Positions 51,396-60,640 of a stretch of 64,000 nucleotides of DNA are shown in pieces. The stretch lies in NCBI GenBank assembly GCA_016935765.1, contig JAFGQG010000082.1, positions 6,716-70,715 of the forward strand, read 5' to 3'. The first letter of the stretch is position 1. Each line of letters starts with the position of its first letter. The notes below the pieces were generated by a model. It was not told the origin of the DNA, made no database searches, and worked only from the letters and a program-made list of their open reading frames with translations. The DNA is from a bacterium (GTDB lineage Bacteria; UBP14; UBA6098; JAFGQG01). The position numbers and the translations under genes were made by a program.

Positions 51396-53139
51396 TTCCC
51401 ACCCAAATAACCATGATGACCGGGATCCGGGATCGGTTAAACCGAAGAATGATAAGAAGCTTGAGGAGCTTCGGCGGCTGATTTTAAAGCCGGAGCAGGA
51501 TGAGTTAGAGAATCTCAAGGAGAGATTGGATAATCCCAGGTTACGCGCGGAGGAAGTAAGCCAGATCCTCTCCGAAGCGATGGTACAAAGAGCTCGCCGG
51601 GATTCGTCCCTTTCACAAGCTTTATCGCCCCTTATCGAAGATGGGATAAAGGTATCGATCAAAAAGGACCCGAGAGCGCTTGTCAGCGCGATATTCCCGT
51701 TAATTGGTCCCGCTATCAGGAAAGCCATTTCCGAGACATTCACAAAGATGGTGCAATCGTTAAACCAGGCTCTCGAGCATAGTTTCTCGGTCAAAGGTTT
51801 AAAATGGCGCTTAGAAGCTATGCGGACGGGAAAAAGTTTCGCTGAAGTGGTTATCCTTCACAATCTGGTATACCATGTGGAGCAGGTTTTTCTCATTCAC
51901 CGTGAAACCGGCTTGCTGCTGAATCATGTGGTCGCTGAACAGGTAACGTACCAGGATGCTGATGTAGTATCCGGGATGCTCACTGCCATTCAGGATTTCG
52001 TGCATGATTCTTTCACTTCCGATAGCAAGGATGAACTTCGAACTATGCAGGTAGGTGAGTTAGCGGTATGGATAGAGTCCAGTCCTAATCTGCTTCTAGC
52101 GGCGGTAATACGTGGAACACCTTCCGAAGACCTTCGGCAGGTTTTCCAGGATACTATAGCTAGCATTCAACTTCAGATGGGCAATGAGATAGAGGAATTT
52201 CAGGGAAATAGTGAAGCATTTAATACGGTGAAACCTTATCTTCAAGACTGTTTACAGGTGCGCCTGGAAAAGAAAAAAAAGAAAGCACTGCCTATTTTCC
52301 CGATTATTGCGGGGATTATAGTGGTTGCGCTGATAGTATTATTGTTCTTTTCTATTAGAACAAAAAGAAGGTGGTCTGACTTCATTGATCAATTAAATTC
52401 TCAGCAAGGGATAATTGTTACTGAAGTCGATAAGAGAGATGGTAAACGATTAATTTCAGGGCTTCGGGATCCTTTAGCTATAGACCCGGTGAATATTCTT
52501 GAGCAGACTGAACTGAAACCGGAAAATGTAGTGTTTGATTTTGAACCCTATCAGGCGTTGGATAAGGATTTTGTTTTCATGCGTGTTCAAAAAGCGCTAA
52601 ATCCGCCCCAGAATATCAAAATAGGTTTGCAAGACGATCTCCTGAACGTTAGTGGTGCCGCTACTTTGGATTGGGTCAGGCATTTTCAGAATATACTGCC
52701 AGTTTTAGACGGTCTCGGCGGTTATAGTCTTGGACTCGACATCCTGGATGAGAATGGTCAACCCCAGTTGTTCGTTTTTGACAAAGGTAGAGCGCAGGTT
52801 CAGGAAAAGGGTAACACCTCTCTGGAACTCTTTAGTGATGGGCTGGTTGATGTATATCGGTCTGCGATGCAGACGGGACAAGACTTCAGAATTGATATAG
52901 TTGGGCATTCCAGCATGGAGGGGTCAGACAGTATAAACCAGAGGATAAGTATAGAAAGGGCTGAAGCCTTCGAAGCCATTTTGATATCAAGAGGAATAAA
53001 AAGCGCGGATATGAATCATGTTGGGGTCGGTTCATCCAAACCAATAGTCAAAGAAAAGCAGGAAGATGATAAACGGTTCAACAGAAGTGTCTCTTTCAGG
53101 TTATACTTATCGTCTAAACAGCGGAATAAAGAAAACTAA
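51388..53139 (+). CDS. Membrane protein with a cytoplasmic Roadblock/LC7(MglB)-like segment, one TM helix and a C-terminal OmpA/MotB-like peptidoglycan-binding domain
   Basis: 583 aa, with its start overlapping the upstream stop by 8 nt. The Roadblock-like stretch reads VEQVFLIHRETGLLLNHVV..DADVVSGMLTAIQDFVHDSF..MQVGELAVWIESSPNLLLAAVIRG. The TM helix is LPIFPIIAGIIVVALIVLLFF. The OmpA-like end reads IDIVGHSSMEGSDSINQRISIERAEAFEAILISRGI..VGVGSSKP..NRSVSFRL. Confidence 0.65.
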   Translation: MSDSHPNNHDDRDPGSVKPKNDKKLEELRRLILKPEQDELENLKERLDNPRLRAEEVSQILSEAMVQRARRDSSLSQALSPLIEDGIKVSIKKDPRALVSAIFPLIGPAIRKAISETFTKMVQSLNQALEHSFSVKGLKWRLEAMRTGKSFAEVVILHNLVYHVEQVFLIHRETGLLLNHVVAEQVTYQDADVVSGMLTAIQDFVHDSFTSDSKDELRTMQVGELAVWIESSPNLLLAAVIRGTPSEDLRQVFQDTIASIQLQMGNEIEEFQGNSEAFNTVKPYLQDCLQVRLEKKKKKALPIFPIIAGIIVVALIVLLFFSIRTKRRWSDFIDQLNSQQGIIVTEVDKRDGKRLISGLRDPLAIDPVNILEQTELKPENVVFDFEPYQALDKDFVFMRVQKALNPPQNIKIGLQDDLLNVSGAATLDWVRHFQNILPVLDGLGGYSLGLDILDENGQPQLFVFDKGRAQVQEKGNTSLELFSDGLVDVYRSAMQTGQDFRIDIVGHSSMEGSDSINQRISIERAEAFEAILISRGIKSADMNHVGVGSSKPIVKEKQEDDKRFNRSVSFRLYLSSKQRNKEN

Positions 53140-53156
53140 AAAGGGGGATAAGCGAA

Positions 53157-53654
53157 ATGGTACAAAAAAAGGTATGCATGCTGGGCACTTTTGCGGTAGG
53201 GAAAACCAGCCTGGTTTCGAGGTTCGTAAGCAATGTTTTCTCCGACAAATATCTGACTACATTGGGAGTAAAAATAGAAAAAAGAGCGGTGGATTTAGAC
53301 GATCAGAGCCTGAATCTGATTATTTGGGATGTTTCAGGTGATGATGAATTCGAGAGGGTTCGCCCCTCTTATCTAAGAGGAGCATCAGGGTTCGTACTTG
53401 TGATCGACGGCACTCGTTCACAAACACTTGTCAAGGGTTTGAATATCATTGAATATTCGCGACAACTTGCTGGGGAAGTTCCCGTTATCCTTGTGATAAA
53501 TAAAAGAGATTTGGCGGATCAGTGGGAGATCGAGGCAGAAGTTTTTCAAACATTAACAGACCAGGGGTATAACGTTATTAAGACTTCCGCAAAGACTGGT
53601 GAGGGTGTAGATGAAGCATTTCAGACCCTTGCTAAGAAAATTCTGGAGGTTTAG
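53157..53654 (+). CDS. Prokaryotic Ras/Rab-like small GTPase
   Basis: G1 GTFAVGKTS, G2 YLTTLGV, G3 WDVSGDD, G4 NKRD, G5 TSAKTGEG. 165 aa. Confidence 0.85.
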   Translation: MVQKKVCMLGTFAVGKTSLVSRFVSNVFSDKYLTTLGVKIEKRAVDLDDQSLNLIIWDVSGDDEFERVRPSYLRGASGFVLVIDGTRSQTLVKGLNIIEYSRQLAGEVPVILVINKRDLADQWEIEAEVFQTLTDQGYNVIKTSAKTGEGVDEAFQTLAKKILEV

Positions 53655-54386
53655 ATGCAGGAGCTTCCCGGGATGGTGAAAGATTATTTGCTTGGGTATA
53701 TAAAAAGAAGCAATAAACCCGTATATTTTATTCTGCAAAGGGATGGCAGGCTTTTAGAGTGGGGCGGAGATACTGGAAGATACTGTTTGCCCGAACTCAA
53801 AATAGGGGAGAGTATTGAAAAGCAGCTATATTACCTCGAGGGTTTGGTGACCTCTTTGGATAATACCGAAGTTATTCGCTGCGTGAATATTGAAGGTTGC
53901 GGGTACATTGATATTCATCTTATCCCAACACAGGAACACATCCTGATAGTTTTTCTGGCAGTGGAACCAGCGACTACTAATGAAATTATGAAGCTTCAGC
54001 GTATCACCCAATTAAGCCAATGCAATACCCGAATATCTCTAGCTGCCATAGCCCTTTATGCTGACCTGTTCTATTCGATGGGAATAGTGGTGATGGAATT
54101 CCTGGAAAATGGTACTTTCAATATAATTGGCAGCATCCCTTCCTGGTTTTCCGATATTTATCCGGATATAAAGATTCGGAGAACACAGCATGACTTAGAA
54201 AGTGCATTTCCTTTTTTGAAGGGTTTTATTAAGAATGCCCGGAAGCATTGGTCGTTAAAAATTCCTTTCAGTTTGAGATCAGGTATTCAAAACGCTGATG
54301 ATGCTATTGGGAATCAACAGCAATACGAAGCGATTGCAATCACATGGGCAGATAAAAATATTTTGTTCGTTCAGAAATTCAAGTAG
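53655..54386 (+). CDS. Hypothetical protein in the GTPase operon
   Basis: 243-aa ORF whose ATG directly abuts the GTPase stop (TAGATG). I recognise no family. Confidence 0.6.
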   Translation: MQELPGMVKDYLLGYIKRSNKPVYFILQRDGRLLEWGGDTGRYCLPELKIGESIEKQLYYLEGLVTSLDNTEVIRCVNIEGCGYIDIHLIPTQEHILIVFLAVEPATTNEIMKLQRITQLSQCNTRISLAAIALYADLFYSMGIVVMEFLENGTFNIIGSIPSWFSDIYPDIKIRRTQHDLESAFPFLKGFIKNARKHWSLKIPFSLRSGIQNADDAIGNQQQYEAIAITWADKNILFVQKFK

Positions 54387-54413
54387 AAGCTTTAAACCAA
54401 CTGAAGATTAATT

Positions 54414-55832
54414 ATGATGAATCCGAGAAATGCAAATTTCAGTGATAATGATAAGAATGAATATTGGGAGTTACTGAAGATAGTACAAAGTCCCGCCTTA
54501 GTTTTGGATTGGAATTTGAAGGTGGTTTTTTGTAACGAAGCCTTCAGTTCAATGCTTGCCAACCCGTCCGGAGAGTTATCAGGAATTGATGCTGGGGAAC
54601 TCTTTGCTGGGTTTAGTGATAGCGAAACCTACAATTCAATCAAGATAGTATTGAACTCTGGAGAGAGCACCGAGGTAGAAGATCAATTCTTAGGGTATTT
54701 CTGGCGAAACCAGGTTTGTAAGATTCCTGGCGGAGTTTTGGTTTTGCTATACGACATAACTGAACTTAAGATGGCGGAAATTGAGTTAGGCAGGAGTGGA
54801 GAGAAGACAGAAGCGCTATTGAATGCTATACCGGACCAGATGTTTCAAATCAGCCGGGACGGGACCTTCCTGAACTATAAAGGTCAGGCGGATTCCTTCC
54901 TGGAATTCAATAATGGTCATATCGGGGGAAAAATAGATGAGATATTCAGTTCTGAGTTGGTTGGGATTTTGAATTTTAAAATGAAATTGTTATTTAAGTG
55001 TAATGAAACTCAGCAGTTTGAGTTTAAGCAGTTGATAGATGACCAACAAATGTATTTTGAAGGTAGAATGGTGATAAGCGGGGAGAATATAGCGCTGGTA
55101 ATTGTAAGGGATATAACGGATCAGAAGGAGGCAAAAGCGAAGCTCATTACTTATCAGCACAGGCTTCGTTCTTTGACCGCTCGTTTATCAAGGGTAGAGG
55201 AGGAGGAGAGAAGGCGAATCGCTAACGTCCTTCATGACAATATAGGTCAGGTTCTGGCTTTGGCTAACATTCAGCTGGAGAAACTGAGAAAATCATTATC
55301 TTTAAAGGTTCAGGCTGAGACGATAGACGCGATTATTGATTCGTTAAGGAGCGCGATAAAGGAGACCAGGCAGCTTACATGGGAATTGAGTCCACGAATT
55401 TTATACGAACTTGGTTTAGGAGCCGCAGTTGAGGAGCTATTGAACGAAGTTGGAGAAAAACATGGCTTGGCAGTTCGTTTTGATGAACAGGGTGAGCATA
55501 GTTTGGTGGATTATAATATTAGAAGTATGCTTTTCCAGGGAGTTAGAGAGTTGCTGGTCAATGTTGTAAAACACTCGAAAGCCAGGGAAGTGAGCGTCTT
55601 GATAAATATTACCGGGGAAACAGTGGAGGTTCAGATTACGGATGATGGAATTGGGTTTCATTTTGACCAACTTAGGTCTGGAATGTCAAGGGGTTTTGGT
55701 TTATTTAATATCAGGGAAAGGCTGGATTACATTGGCGGAAATTTCTACATGGAGTCTGAGCCCGGTAAAGGAACCAGGGTGACCCTTACTGCTCCAATTA
55801 AACATAAAGATGAATTGAAAGGGGAGTATTGA
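54414..55832 (+). CDS. Cytoplasmic PAS-domain sensor histidine kinase (HisKA_3, NarX/DegS type)
   Basis: Two PAS-like segments, the H-box IANVLHDNIGQVLALA, and the ATPase region VLINITGETVEVQITDDGIGF .. GFGLFNIRERL .. GKGTRVTLTAP. There is no TM helix. Confidence 0.85.
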   Translation: MMNPRNANFSDNDKNEYWELLKIVQSPALVLDWNLKVVFCNEAFSSMLANPSGELSGIDAGELFAGFSDSETYNSIKIVLNSGESTEVEDQFLGYFWRNQVCKIPGGVLVLLYDITELKMAEIELGRSGEKTEALLNAIPDQMFQISRDGTFLNYKGQADSFLEFNNGHIGGKIDEIFSSELVGILNFKMKLLFKCNETQQFEFKQLIDDQQMYFEGRMVISGENIALVIVRDITDQKEAKAKLITYQHRLRSLTARLSRVEEEERRRIANVLHDNIGQVLALANIQLEKLRKSLSLKVQAETIDAIIDSLRSAIKETRQLTWELSPRILYELGLGAAVEELLNEVGEKHGLAVRFDEQGEHSLVDYNIRSMLFQGVRELLVNVVKHSKAREVSVLINITGETVEVQITDDGIGFHFDQLRSGMSRGFGLFNIRERLDYIGGNFYMESEPGKGTRVTLTAPIKHKDELKGEY

Positions 55833-55833
55833 T

Positions 55834-56490
55834 ATGAGCATTAAGATAGTAATTGCTGACGATCATGAGATAATGCGCGAGGGATTGCGTAATCTGCTCG
55901 AGGAACAATATAATATGGAGGTGGTGGGTGAAGCTGAGAATGGAAGAAGAGCTGTAGAGCTGGTGGAGGAATTAAACCCGGATGTCGTAGTAATGGATAT
56001 TTCGATGCCTGATCTGAACGGCATAGAAGCCACTCGCCAGGTTATAAAGGTGTGTCCAGGTGTTAAAGTGGTAGCATTATCGATGCATTCACAGAAGCGA
56101 TTCGTAAAGGAGATGCTTCAAGCCGGGGCTTCCGGATATGTCTTGAAGAACGATGCGTTTACTGAATTAATAAAGGCGATCAACTCTGTGAATATTGGAG
56201 ACAAATACCTAAGCACCAGGATAACGGGGGAGGTAATAGATGAATTTGTGGGTAGTGTCTCTGAGAAGAAATCAACGTTAGAACCCGGTTTGACCGCAAG
56301 GGAGCGTGAAGTGCTGCAGTTGCTGGCAGAAGGTAAGACTACCAAGGAGATCGCCCAGCTACTCTTCGTAAGTGAACGTACAGTGGATACACACAGAACC
56401 AACATAATGAAGAAACTGGATATTCATACCATCGCCGGGCTAACCAAATACGCTATCAATGAAGGTTTGACTTCCACTAAATTCTTCTGA
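55834..56490 (+). CDS. NarL/FixJ (LuxR)-family response regulator
   Basis: Receiver: KIVIADDHEIMREGL .. DVVVMDISMPDLNG .. KVVALSMH. LuxR HTH: LTAREREVLQLLAEGKTTKEIAQLLFVSERTVDTHRTNIMKKL. The start is 1 nt after the kinase stop. Confidence 0.9.
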   Translation: MSIKIVIADDHEIMREGLRNLLEEQYNMEVVGEAENGRRAVELVEELNPDVVVMDISMPDLNGIEATRQVIKVCPGVKVVALSMHSQKRFVKEMLQAGASGYVLKNDAFTELIKAINSVNIGDKYLSTRITGEVIDEFVGSVSEKKSTLEPGLTAREREVLQLLAEGKTTKEIAQLLFVSERTVDTHRTNIMKKLDIHTIAGLTKYAINEGLTSTKFF

Positions 56491-57008
56491 GCCATTAATT
56501 TTCCGTCATAAGGTGAACGCTTGTTTCTGGAAGCACGGGAAAGGTTAAGCATTGCGAGTCACCGGCACTCATTTCGGTTTGGGTATAAGGTAAATTCATA
56601 ATGGAATGACCCAATTTTTGTTCTGATAGTGAAGAATTAAATTTGTCATAGTTGGCATGTTTTTCGAAATTCCCTCCGCTCAGGTCAAAAACCACGCCAA
56701 CTACTTATCCTCCGTGCCTTCTCCCTGGAGTCATTGACTCTCCGTGTGTTTTTAATATCATGTCCAACATTTATCACAGAAAAATATATAGCTATTGATT
56801 TGTACCGCATGTATCTGGATTATTCTACGTAATTTCCGTAGTCAAAAATAGGTAAATTACCCGATTGTTGCGGTTATTAATGAATGCTAAATTGGGTGTA
56901 GAATGTTAAAAAGACTAACACATAAGAAGGGCAAGTATTATGAATCTGAAGGGAAATCAAGGGATGAGGTAATAGTCTCTATTGACAATACCGCAAGGAG
57001 GGATAGGT

Positions 57009-57323
57009 ATGATGAATTTGGAGAATAATAATTTGGGCATGTCTGATAATTTTAGACGGATGAACATGAAAAGGATATCCAATATTGACCAATCCAAGGT
57101 ACTTCATGTTACGTTACAACCCGGTGAATACTTAGAAAAATTTGTAACTACAGCAAAGACCATTTTTTACGTCCATGAGGGTGAAGGTTATGTCCTTATT
57201 AACGAGGACAAGATACCGTTCAATAGAGACAGGTTCTTCGATTGTGATTCAGATAGTGTCTGTCAGTTCTGTAATAATGGTCAATGTGTCCTGAGTTTTT
57301 TTATAATTCAGGTTGAAGAGTAA
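57009..57323 (+). CDS. Small cupin-fold protein
   Basis: The ORF track begins at TTG 56982. ATG 57009 is preferred because of AAGGAGG 7 nt upstream. The cupin-like core reads LHVTLQPGEYLEKFVTTAKTIFYVHEGEGYVLINEDKIPF. Confidence 0.55.
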   Translation: MMNLENNNLGMSDNFRRMNMKRISNIDQSKVLHVTLQPGEYLEKFVTTAKTIFYVHEGEGYVLINEDKIPFNRDRFFDCDSDSVCQFCNNGQCVLSFFIIQVEE

Positions 57324-57378
57324 GGTTGGTAATGATGATATACAAACGTCTAAAGGAAACAATATAGGAGGTAAAAAA

Positions 57379-57708
57379 ATGAGTAGAACAAAGCTGCCAA
57401 GGGCGATCAAAAAGTGTGAGAGGGATGGTTGTGAGAACACTTTCATCATCAGGGTTGGAGCGAAATACCAGCAGAAATACTGCAGTTCCAGATGCGCCGC
57501 GTTGGATAAACCCAATAACCGTATGTTCAGGGTTCACTACAGAAAGCCAAAACACGAATATGTAAAAAAACAAGAAAGATCAAGGGTTGTGAACATACAC
57601 CAGCTTCAGAATTGTCCGATCAACTTTGACTCACGTGACGGCAAATTCGTAAGATTGTGCAACGACATTCTGCAGGGCAAACTCAGGTTTGTAGGTGTTG
57701 ATAACTGA
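57379..57708 (+). CDS. Small basic protein with a Cys4 zinc-ribbon-like N-terminus
   Basis: The ORF track gives 57313..57708. ATG 57379 is preceded by GGAGGT. The N-terminus is MSRTKLPRAIKKCERDGCEN..YCSSRCA. Confidence 0.5.
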   Translation: MSRTKLPRAIKKCERDGCENTFIIRVGAKYQQKYCSSRCAALDKPNNRMFRVHYRKPKHEYVKKQERSRVVNIHQLQNCPINFDSRDGKFVRLCNDILQGKLRFVGVDN

Positions 57709-57767
57709 TAATGGTTATTCTATTCTTTCAGTAGAGAACCATTTTGCTAAACGAAGGATTATAAATT

Positions 57768-59249
57768 ATGAAAAACAATTATTCAGTAGAAATCCTTGAT
57801 CTAATTCCTGAAGGAGCGGCAATAGTCAATCCGGCAACTTATGAGATTGAATACAATAATGAGGCTTTCCTCAGAATATTTGGTTATACAGAGGATGGTT
57901 TACCCACTGATGATATTACAAAATTACTTGATGAAAACGGTTTGGCTTTTATTGTCAATCAACTTCGCGAGCGGGAATCAACAGTTGAGGAATGCTTTTC
58001 ATGCATACCCTTTGTTAATAGGGCTGGGCAAGTGATATATCTAAATATCAAGCTGAAAAGGATGGAGTTAGGTGAGGATGTAAATTATATTTTACTATTT
58101 GAAGAAATTACTAACGAAATAATGCTCGAACAGGAGCTTAGAAGATCTGGCAAGAAGCTTGAAACGCTTCTCACAGCGATGCCCAATATGATGATTCAGG
58201 TTGGGAAAGATGGAACCTTGCTGAACTATAAAGCTGAGAAGCCAGAATTTGAGAGCTATGTCGGGAGAAATCTCAAGGATATTTTTCCTGAAGACCTAAC
58301 CTTAGTATTTATGGAAAAAGTGACTCAAGCGCTGGAAAGCGGTGAATTACAGGTTTACAATACTGAAATGTCCGTAAACGGCGAACAGCATTATTTCAGC
58401 GCTCGTATCATACCAAGTGGTGAAGAAGTGGTGATGGTAATAGTAGAAGATATGACAGAACGAAGAGAGTTCGAAAAACAGCTTCTCCAGATAGCAAAGC
58501 TGAAAACAATAACGACTTTGGCGGGAGGGATCGTTCACAATTTTAACGGTGTATTGAATTCTATCATGGCTTGCGGAAGGCTCATTGCTGGAACCAACAT
58601 AAGTAAGCAAAAGGTGAAAAAATATGCAGAGGAGATAGTCGAGGTAGCGAGAAGGTCCTCAATATTCAACAGAAGGCTTTTGAGTTTGAATACTGAAGAG
58701 ATTGGCATCAGAAGAGTGCTGAACCTGAACCAGTATATTCAAGAAATAGTCGATTTGCTTACCCCTATTTGTAAGAAGGATATCACAATTGAAACAGAGA
58801 TGAATTCTTCCCCCTATCTTGAAGCGGATCCCGTTTTACTTGAACAAGCGCTAATAAACATAATGAATAATGCTTTTGATGCTATGCCGGATGGAGGCAC
58901 TGTAACTGTTGAGACTGAGAATGCTATCGTTGAGAATATTAATGACGGAAAACCAGGGATGTCAGCGCCGGAAAAATTTGTTTCGATCTCTATTAAGGAT
59001 ACGGGTGAGGGTATGTCTCCAGAGATAATGAACAGGATATTCGAGCCATACTTCACGACAAAGGGTGTTAGGAATGGGTTCGGTTTGGGTTTGGCTATGG
59101 CAGACAATATAGTTAAACAGCATGACGGACATATCGAAGTCGAGAGTATTCCTGGTGAAGGCACGCTTTTCCGTATATTATTACCAGCTTTTATCGATAA
59201 GAATAGCGAGAACGAAAACGAACCGGCAAGCACCGTAAGAAAAAGCTAA
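57768..59249 (+). CDS. PAS-domain sensor histidine kinase (HisKA + HATPase_c), orphan
   Basis: H-box LAGGIVHNFNGVLNSI, N-box LINIMNNAFDAMPDGG, G-boxes IKDTGEGMSPE and GFGLGLAMADNIVKQHDGHIEVES. Confidence 0.85.
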   Translation: MKNNYSVEILDLIPEGAAIVNPATYEIEYNNEAFLRIFGYTEDGLPTDDITKLLDENGLAFIVNQLRERESTVEECFSCIPFVNRAGQVIYLNIKLKRMELGEDVNYILLFEEITNEIMLEQELRRSGKKLETLLTAMPNMMIQVGKDGTLLNYKAEKPEFESYVGRNLKDIFPEDLTLVFMEKVTQALESGELQVYNTEMSVNGEQHYFSARIIPSGEEVVMVIVEDMTERREFEKQLLQIAKLKTITTLAGGIVHNFNGVLNSIMACGRLIAGTNISKQKVKKYAEEIVEVARRSSIFNRRLLSLNTEEIGIRRVLNLNQYIQEIVDLLTPICKKDITIETEMNSSPYLEADPVLLEQALINIMNNAFDAMPDGGTVTVETENAIVENINDGKPGMSAPEKFVSISIKDTGEGMSPEIMNRIFEPYFTTKGVRNGFGLGLAMADNIVKQHDGHIEVESIPGEGTLFRILLPAFIDKNSENENEPASTVRKS

Positions 59250-59269
59250 TTGTATAGTCTTCGAGATTT

Positions 59270-59818
59270 TTACTTGTGTTCAGTCATCACGAAATCCCGA
59301 GTATCGTAACCATTTTCCTTTAATATAGCAAACGCTTCTTCGAGGTTTTGCGAATCCATTTCCGGTTCGCGGCACAGTATCCACCCATATTTGCGATCGG
59401 GATCTCCAACGATTGCGAAATGATAATCATCATCAAGTCCGATAATCCAATAATCTCCCCAGAAAAGCCTTCGCCCGAGCACACTGACAAAACTCACTTT
59501 CAGCTTTGAATTAGTTACAGTATCCACTACTTTTGCTACACCCTTCGCTTGCTTTTGGTCACCATTTGACCTGCAGCAACGATTGATCACTTCGATATTT
59601 CCATCTTCCACCAGAGTATATTGAGCTGTCGTTCCATAATCGCATTTTTTCTGGAAGCGATTGGGAATCTTCGCTATCTCATACCAGAGGCCGGTGTACT
59701 TTTCAAGATCAACAAATTTGACCGTTGCGGGCTCCTGAATTTTTGTGTTTTCTTTGCTCATGGTTATTGTACCTAGCATTAATATTAGAGCAAATGTTAC
59801 TGTTATAATATTATGCAT
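59270..59818 (-). CDS. blc: Bacterial lipocalin (Blc-like outer-membrane lipoprotein family)
   Basis: VDLEKYTGLWYEIAKIPNRFQKKC .. GDYWIIGLDDDYHFAIVGDPDRKYGWILCREP. This is the classical lipocalin signature. Confidence 0.8.
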   Translation of the reverse strand: MHNIITVTFALILMLGTITMSKENTKIQEPATVKFVDLEKYTGLWYEIAKIPNRFQKKCDYGTTAQYTLVEDGNIEVINRCCRSNGDQKQAKGVAKVVDTVTNSKLKVSFVSVLGRRLFWGDYWIIGLDDDYHFAIVGDPDRKYGWILCREPEMDSQNLEEAFAILKENGYDTRDFVMTEHK

Positions 59819-59839
59819 AATTTCTTAACCTCCTTAGAA

Positions 59840-60640
59840 TTAAATTATCAAATTTATCCCTGCCGGGGTTAGCATCATGTTATAATTTTTATTTTCTTCC
59901 TTATTTTTATAATTTCTGAAACCTTCACCAACAATTTTCCCTATTGAATAACCTATCAACGCGCCGGTAGTGAAGTCCGAAAACCAGTGGATGTTCGTGG
60001 ATATTCCCAGACCGACAAAAAATGCGTAGAGATAAGCGCTGATTTTGACGGCATTATTATCAGGATACAGTTCAGCGAGGGTTACTGCCATTGCAAAAGC
60101 GGTAGTCGTGTGTCCACTTGGCCATCCATCGAATACGCCGCGGTTAAGAAAGCCAAACTTGAAATCATCACTGTAATCTTCCAGCTCATCATTCTCCTCG
60201 AGGACTTCCGGTGGTTTTCTCACTGTGAATGCCTTGTAGATAGATGATATTCCTAAACCCATAATAGCAGCTTGACCGAGAGCCATGGCTGTTAAGCGCA
60301 ATTCGTCATCGTCGCGCGATTTTCCATAAAAGTATAGCCCAAGCGGGATAGTAAGTGGAACCAAACCGCCAACAATAACTGATGGGAATCCCGCGTAAGC
60401 AATTCCTTTGTGCTCCCTCATGAACTGATAATATTCCCAGTCAAACCCGCTCTGGATAATCCCGTATGTGCTGGTAATAGCAAGGGCGTGATTGAAACCA
60501 TAGTTGTGAGTGAAAGAGCCCACAAAGTGGCGGTCCATGTCATAGAAAAGGGTACTGAAATTCACCGCTTTGGAGTTTGTATCGTCAACCTGAGAAAATG
60601 CAAGCGCCGGGATTATCAAGAATATTATCATGAACTTCAT
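59840..60640 (-). CDS. PAP2-superfamily phosphatase, membrane protein
   Basis: Motifs KAFTVRKPP, WPSGHTT and NIHWFSDFTTG, with several hydrophobic helices. Confidence 0.8.
   Translation of the reverse strand: MKFMIIFLIIPALAFSQVDDTNSKAVNFSTLFYDMDRHFVGSFTHNYGFNHALAITSTYGIIQSGFDWEYYQFMREHKGIAYAGFPSVIVGGLVPLTIPLGLYFYGKSRDDDELRLTAMALGQAAIMGLGISSIYKAFTVRKPPEVLEENDELEDYSDDFKFGFLNRGVFDGWPSGHTTTAFAMAVTLAELYPDNNAVKISAYLYAFFVGLGISTNIHWFSDFTTGALIGYSIGKIVGEGFRNYKNKEENKNYNMMLTPAGINLII

Noticed and set aside
51378-51794. 138-aa minus-strand ORF and other small antisense ORFs in the GTPase operon (50869..51051, 51200..51406, 52705..52908, 53553..53738, 55437..55670, 56118..56405)
   Set aside because: They are embedded antisense in tightly coupled, well-supported plus-strand genes and have no independent support.
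56495-56695. 66-aa minus-strand ORF in the 490-bp gap after the response regulator
   Set aside because: It has no RBS and no recognisable family. The region also contains CTCCGTG-type short repeats (56708-56745) similar to CACGGAG motifs at 43262-43285. It is more likely non-coding repeat DNA.
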